Shown here: positions 58,868-64,000 of the stretch, piece after piece
Layout: every line of letters starts with the position of its first letter
How positions within the stretch are numbered: the stretch's first letter is position 1
DNA from: the human T2T-CHM13v2.0 reference genome, Homo sapiens
Length of the DNA: 64,000 nt
Assembly (NCBI RefSeq): GCF_009914755.1
Contig: NC_060928.1
Direction: 5' to 3' (one strand)
Notes under the pieces: model-generated
What the model was told of the DNA's origin: nothing
Database searches by the model: none
What the model saw: only the letters and a program-made list of their open reading frames with translations
Made by a program: the position numbers and the translations under genes

Positions 58868-59085
58868 TGTGTGTTTTGTGCGTGCGTGTGTGCATATATA
58901 TATACATGTGCATACACACATATACATACATACATACCTATGCATGGATACATTTATACATACATACATATATATATATGAAGTTTCAACAGGCTCTGCA
59001 ATCATTAAAGTTGTTAGATGGAACTTCCCAAATATATATGTGTACACACACACGTGCATGAAAACACACACAAACACATATATAT
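58868..59085. repeat. Compound (TG)/(TA)/(CATA)/(CA) low-complexity repeat
   Basis: Read directly; it produces the three overlapping pseudo-ORFs here. Confidence 0.85.
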
Positions 59086-59921
59086 TTTTATTTAAGCAAG
59101 AGGAAAATTCATGTTGAAGTCATAAAAAATGAAATGTCCTAAAAGAGGTTCATAAAAATGACACTTGACATCAAAAGTATTTATCTTCTTTCTTTATCCG
59201 GAGATGTAGTGCACTCCGATTTCTTTTTCCCTTCAATATGTTTGTCAAAGAATTACGTGGTACTATTTTTGAGATACATAGGTTTTGGCTTAGTGAGTCA
59301 TAAAAATATGGCTCAGGATGCCATTTTATTCATTTTTAATGTGTTCTATTGTGACTTTTAAATCATATAAATATTCTCAGCATTTATTGTAATATATTAT
59401 TTGTTTTTATATTTGGTACAAGGATATACATTATGAGATTTTTTTTATATTCAATTAGTTCTAAAAGTAAAATGTTGTAGCAAAGTTCTTTTTTTCTTTT
59501 CTAGAAAAAAGGTGAGTTCCTTGAAGATTTTAGAAAAGAAATTCTGTAATCTATTTATAATTTTGTTGTCTCAGGATATTGTTTTTTATAGACGGCTTGT
59601 TATAAGAAAAGTTTTGTCTTGAGCTTAGAGGGAATAAAAAGCACGTGGCTAATATTCCATTTGTAATGAACCCTTAAATATAATAGTGATTGTGTTAGTT
59701 TTGGCTTTTTCATCTTAAGTAAGTTTAATTTCACAATTTGTTTTCTAAGTCTAAATTTTAGTATTGTATAATTGCATTTAGTCACACTGTTATATCTAGG
59801 TAAATAGAAATTATCTTCCTAGGGGACAAATTTTAATTGCTAAAAATAACTGTGCTTTATTTCCTAGTTGTCCACAATATGGAATATAAGTCTTTCAACA
59901 TATGTTAACCCATTCAGGCAC

Positions 59922-60374
59922 TGTGGAGGTCTTAAAATGCCCTCTCACCAAAATTTAATGTCCTAATCCCTGGAACTATCAAACATTTACCTATGTGGCA
60001 AATGCTTTGCAGATATGATTAAGTTAAAGATCCTGAGATGGAAAAATGATCCTACATTATTTATGTGAGCTCTAAATGCCATCAAAAATGTCTTTTAAGA
60101 GAGATGTTGAGGGAGATTTGACACAGACAGAAGAGGAAGAAACAATGTGAAGATAAAGGCAGAGACTAGGTGATACGACCACAAGTCAAGAAGTGGCGGA
60201 AACAACCTCCTCTAGGGCCTCTCGAGGGAGCACAGCCCTACTGACACTTTGTTTTTGGCCCAGCGATACTGATTTCAGACTTCTGGCTTCCAGAACTTTG
60301 GAAGAATAAACTTCTGGTTTTTAAGTCACCAGGCATGTGGTGATTTGTTAGAGCAGCAAGAGCAAACTAATACA
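59922..60374 (+). mobile_element. MLT1C-like LTR
   Basis: tgtcctaatccctggaac...ctttgcagatatgattaagttaaagatcctgagatgg...gatttcagacttctggcttccagaact...gcaaactaataca. Confidence 0.9.
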
Positions 60375-61609
60375 AATTCTCTCTAGACTTGATTTGAAAA
60401 TAAGTGTTTCAAATAAAAATGTACTGGCAAGTGGTCTCAGCTATACTGGAATCTATAGTTTTCAATAAGAGCAAAAGCAGAAAGCCAATGATAGTGTGTA
60501 AAGATCACCCCTACCAATATGGATATCTTCCCAGGATTCATTTCTAGTAAGGTTTTGGATATGTTTCTGATACCAAGCTATAATACATTTCACTACCTAT
60601 ATTCCAAACCTGTTTCTTTTTTTTTTTTACATTTTTATTAACTTTATAAAATCCTAAAATTGTTTAATTAAAATTTTTATTGATTTATTCACCAAAGTCC
60701 ATTTCTGTTTGCTGTAGTAATAATACACACACACACACACACACGTTTTGCACTTTATACACCAATGATCTGACACATCTTTCAAATAAAGTAGATCTAT
60801 TGCCCTCTGAACATAGGTAATAAGAGGAAACATATATTCTGAATGTTTGTTATGTACCAACCATTGAAATTATTAATTCCATGTACTTAATATAAATTTG
60901 ACCACAATAACTATTAGCTGCTCTTATTTAGTATTAGTTATTAGAAATAAATCTCTGAAGTGCTGATTGTTATGTCCAATGTTAAAGTGATGGTAATTGG
61001 TAGATTTGGCATCTAAATTATTCCTAAGCCTTGTGGATTTTTATTTATGCCAGCACTATCTTAAGAGAAGAACATAAAAAAAAGTAAAAAAGTTTTCATA
61101 ATTAGAAACATGACCTCATAACCTGAACAAAGGATTTTTGTGCTATTTTTGATACTTTTTTTCCTTAATCCAAGTATCTTTGTAATTGCTTCAGTCACAA
61201 CAATTAATTGTGTATATTTGTTGGACTTAAAATGGAACACACTAATCAGGTAAAATCATGTATATTTTTGTCTGAATTTGTTTTGTTAATTGAACAACGT
61301 CTTCTGAGATGAAGATAAGAGGAAGAAGTTTGGATTAGATGGAAAAGTTAATAAATTTTATTAAACAAAAAACTGATACCCTTTGGACTTGTTTATTGTT
61401 ATATTTCTAGTAGCTTAGATTAGTGGACATACAAGAAAATCAAATTTAAATAGCAATTCCATCAGGTGATAATTATAAGATTACAATATGCCTTCACATA
61501 CTGCTAATGTCATTTTTGAAAAATATTTCTACTGTCCTCCTCGTAATATTTTAGTTTGTGAGTTGTTCTCATATATAATATTCTTGGCTTCTCATAAGTG
61601 ATCCAGGAA

Positions 61610-63236
<1,627 letters not shown>

Positions 63237-63868
63237 GGTTTTCTATTCTCTTCCATCGATCTCTGCGTCTGTTTTTATACCATTACCATGTTGTTTTAGT
63301 TACTATAGCCTTGTAGTATAATTTGAAGTCAGGTAATGTGATGTCTCCAGCTTTCTTCCTTTTGCTTAGGATTTGTTTGGCTATTTGGGCTCTTTTTTTG
63401 TTCCAGATGAATTTTAGAATAGTTTTTTTCTAATGCTGTGAAAAATAATGTTTGAAAGAGATTGCATTGAATCTATACACTATTTTGGGTACTGTGGTCA
63501 TTTTAACTACATTTATTCTTCCAATCCATGAGCATGGGATGTTTTTCCATTTCTTTTTATCATGTATGATTTCTTTCATTAGTGTTTTATACTTGTCTTT
63601 GTAGAGATTTTTCACCCTTCTTAATTAGATGTATTCTGTGATTTTTTTTTAGCTATTGTAAATGAGAATTTTTGATTATCAGTTTGATCATTATTTGTGT
63701 AGACAAATACTACTAACTTTTGTGTGATTTTGTACTCTGAAACTTTACTGAGGTCATTTATTAAATCTAGGAGACTTCTAGAAGAATCTTTGGGATTTTC
63801 TAGGTATAAGGTCACATTATCAATGAACAGAGATAGGTTGACATCCTCTTTTCCAATTTGGATGTCTT
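63237..63868 (-). mobile_element. L1PB/PA-like ORF2 (RT region) fragment
   Basis: Peptides [27 protein letters not shown] and [18 protein letters not shown] match decayed L1 ORF2. Confidence 0.9.
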
Positions 63869-64000
63869 TGTTTGGTTGGTTGGTTTTGGAGACGGAGTTT
63901 CGCTCTGTCTCCCAGGCTGGAGTGCAGTGGTACAATCTCTCCTCACTGCAACCTCTGACTCCTGGGTTACAGCGATTCTCCTGCCTCAGCCTCCTGAGTA
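63869..64000 (-). mobile_element. Alu right arm, cut by the window edge
   Basis: gagacggagtttcgctctgtctcccaggctggagtgcagtgg...ctcctgcctcagcctcctgagta. Confidence 0.92.

Noticed and set aside
58841-59117. Three overlapping His/Tyr/Cys-rich ORFs
   Set aside because: They are translations of a dinucleotide/tetranucleotide microsatellite.

Overview
Primate (most likely human) non-coding genomic DNA. It is very AT-rich and CpG-depleted, has no CpG island, and resembles a gene desert or a very long intron. I see no credible protein-coding exon, RNA gene or prokaryotic system. The ORF track is explained by Alu or L1 remnants, simple repeats or chance. About half the window is recognisable interspersed repeat: about 16 Alus, L1PA/PB/MA/MB/MC/ME fragments, MLT1, MLT2A1 and LTR47-like LTRs, MER30, MER1B, MADE1, MIR and L2. 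Subfamily names come from recalled consensus diagnostics, not a database search. The notable structure is a set of local templated-copy scars: (1) an AluY flanked by a ~499-bp direct repeat that looks like a giant target-site duplication; (2) a MADE1 MITE carrying ~100 bp copied from 2.2 kb upstream, with a second 34-bp piece of the same donor pasted 0.9 kb further on; (3) a complex L1 5' junction made of an inverted copy, a fold-back and a ~196-bp local copy; (4) several smaller fold-back or tandem duplications. These fit known repair and retrotransposition mechanisms (TPRT, Pol theta/SD-MMEJ, MMBIR/FoSTeS). I cannot support a claim of a new biological system.
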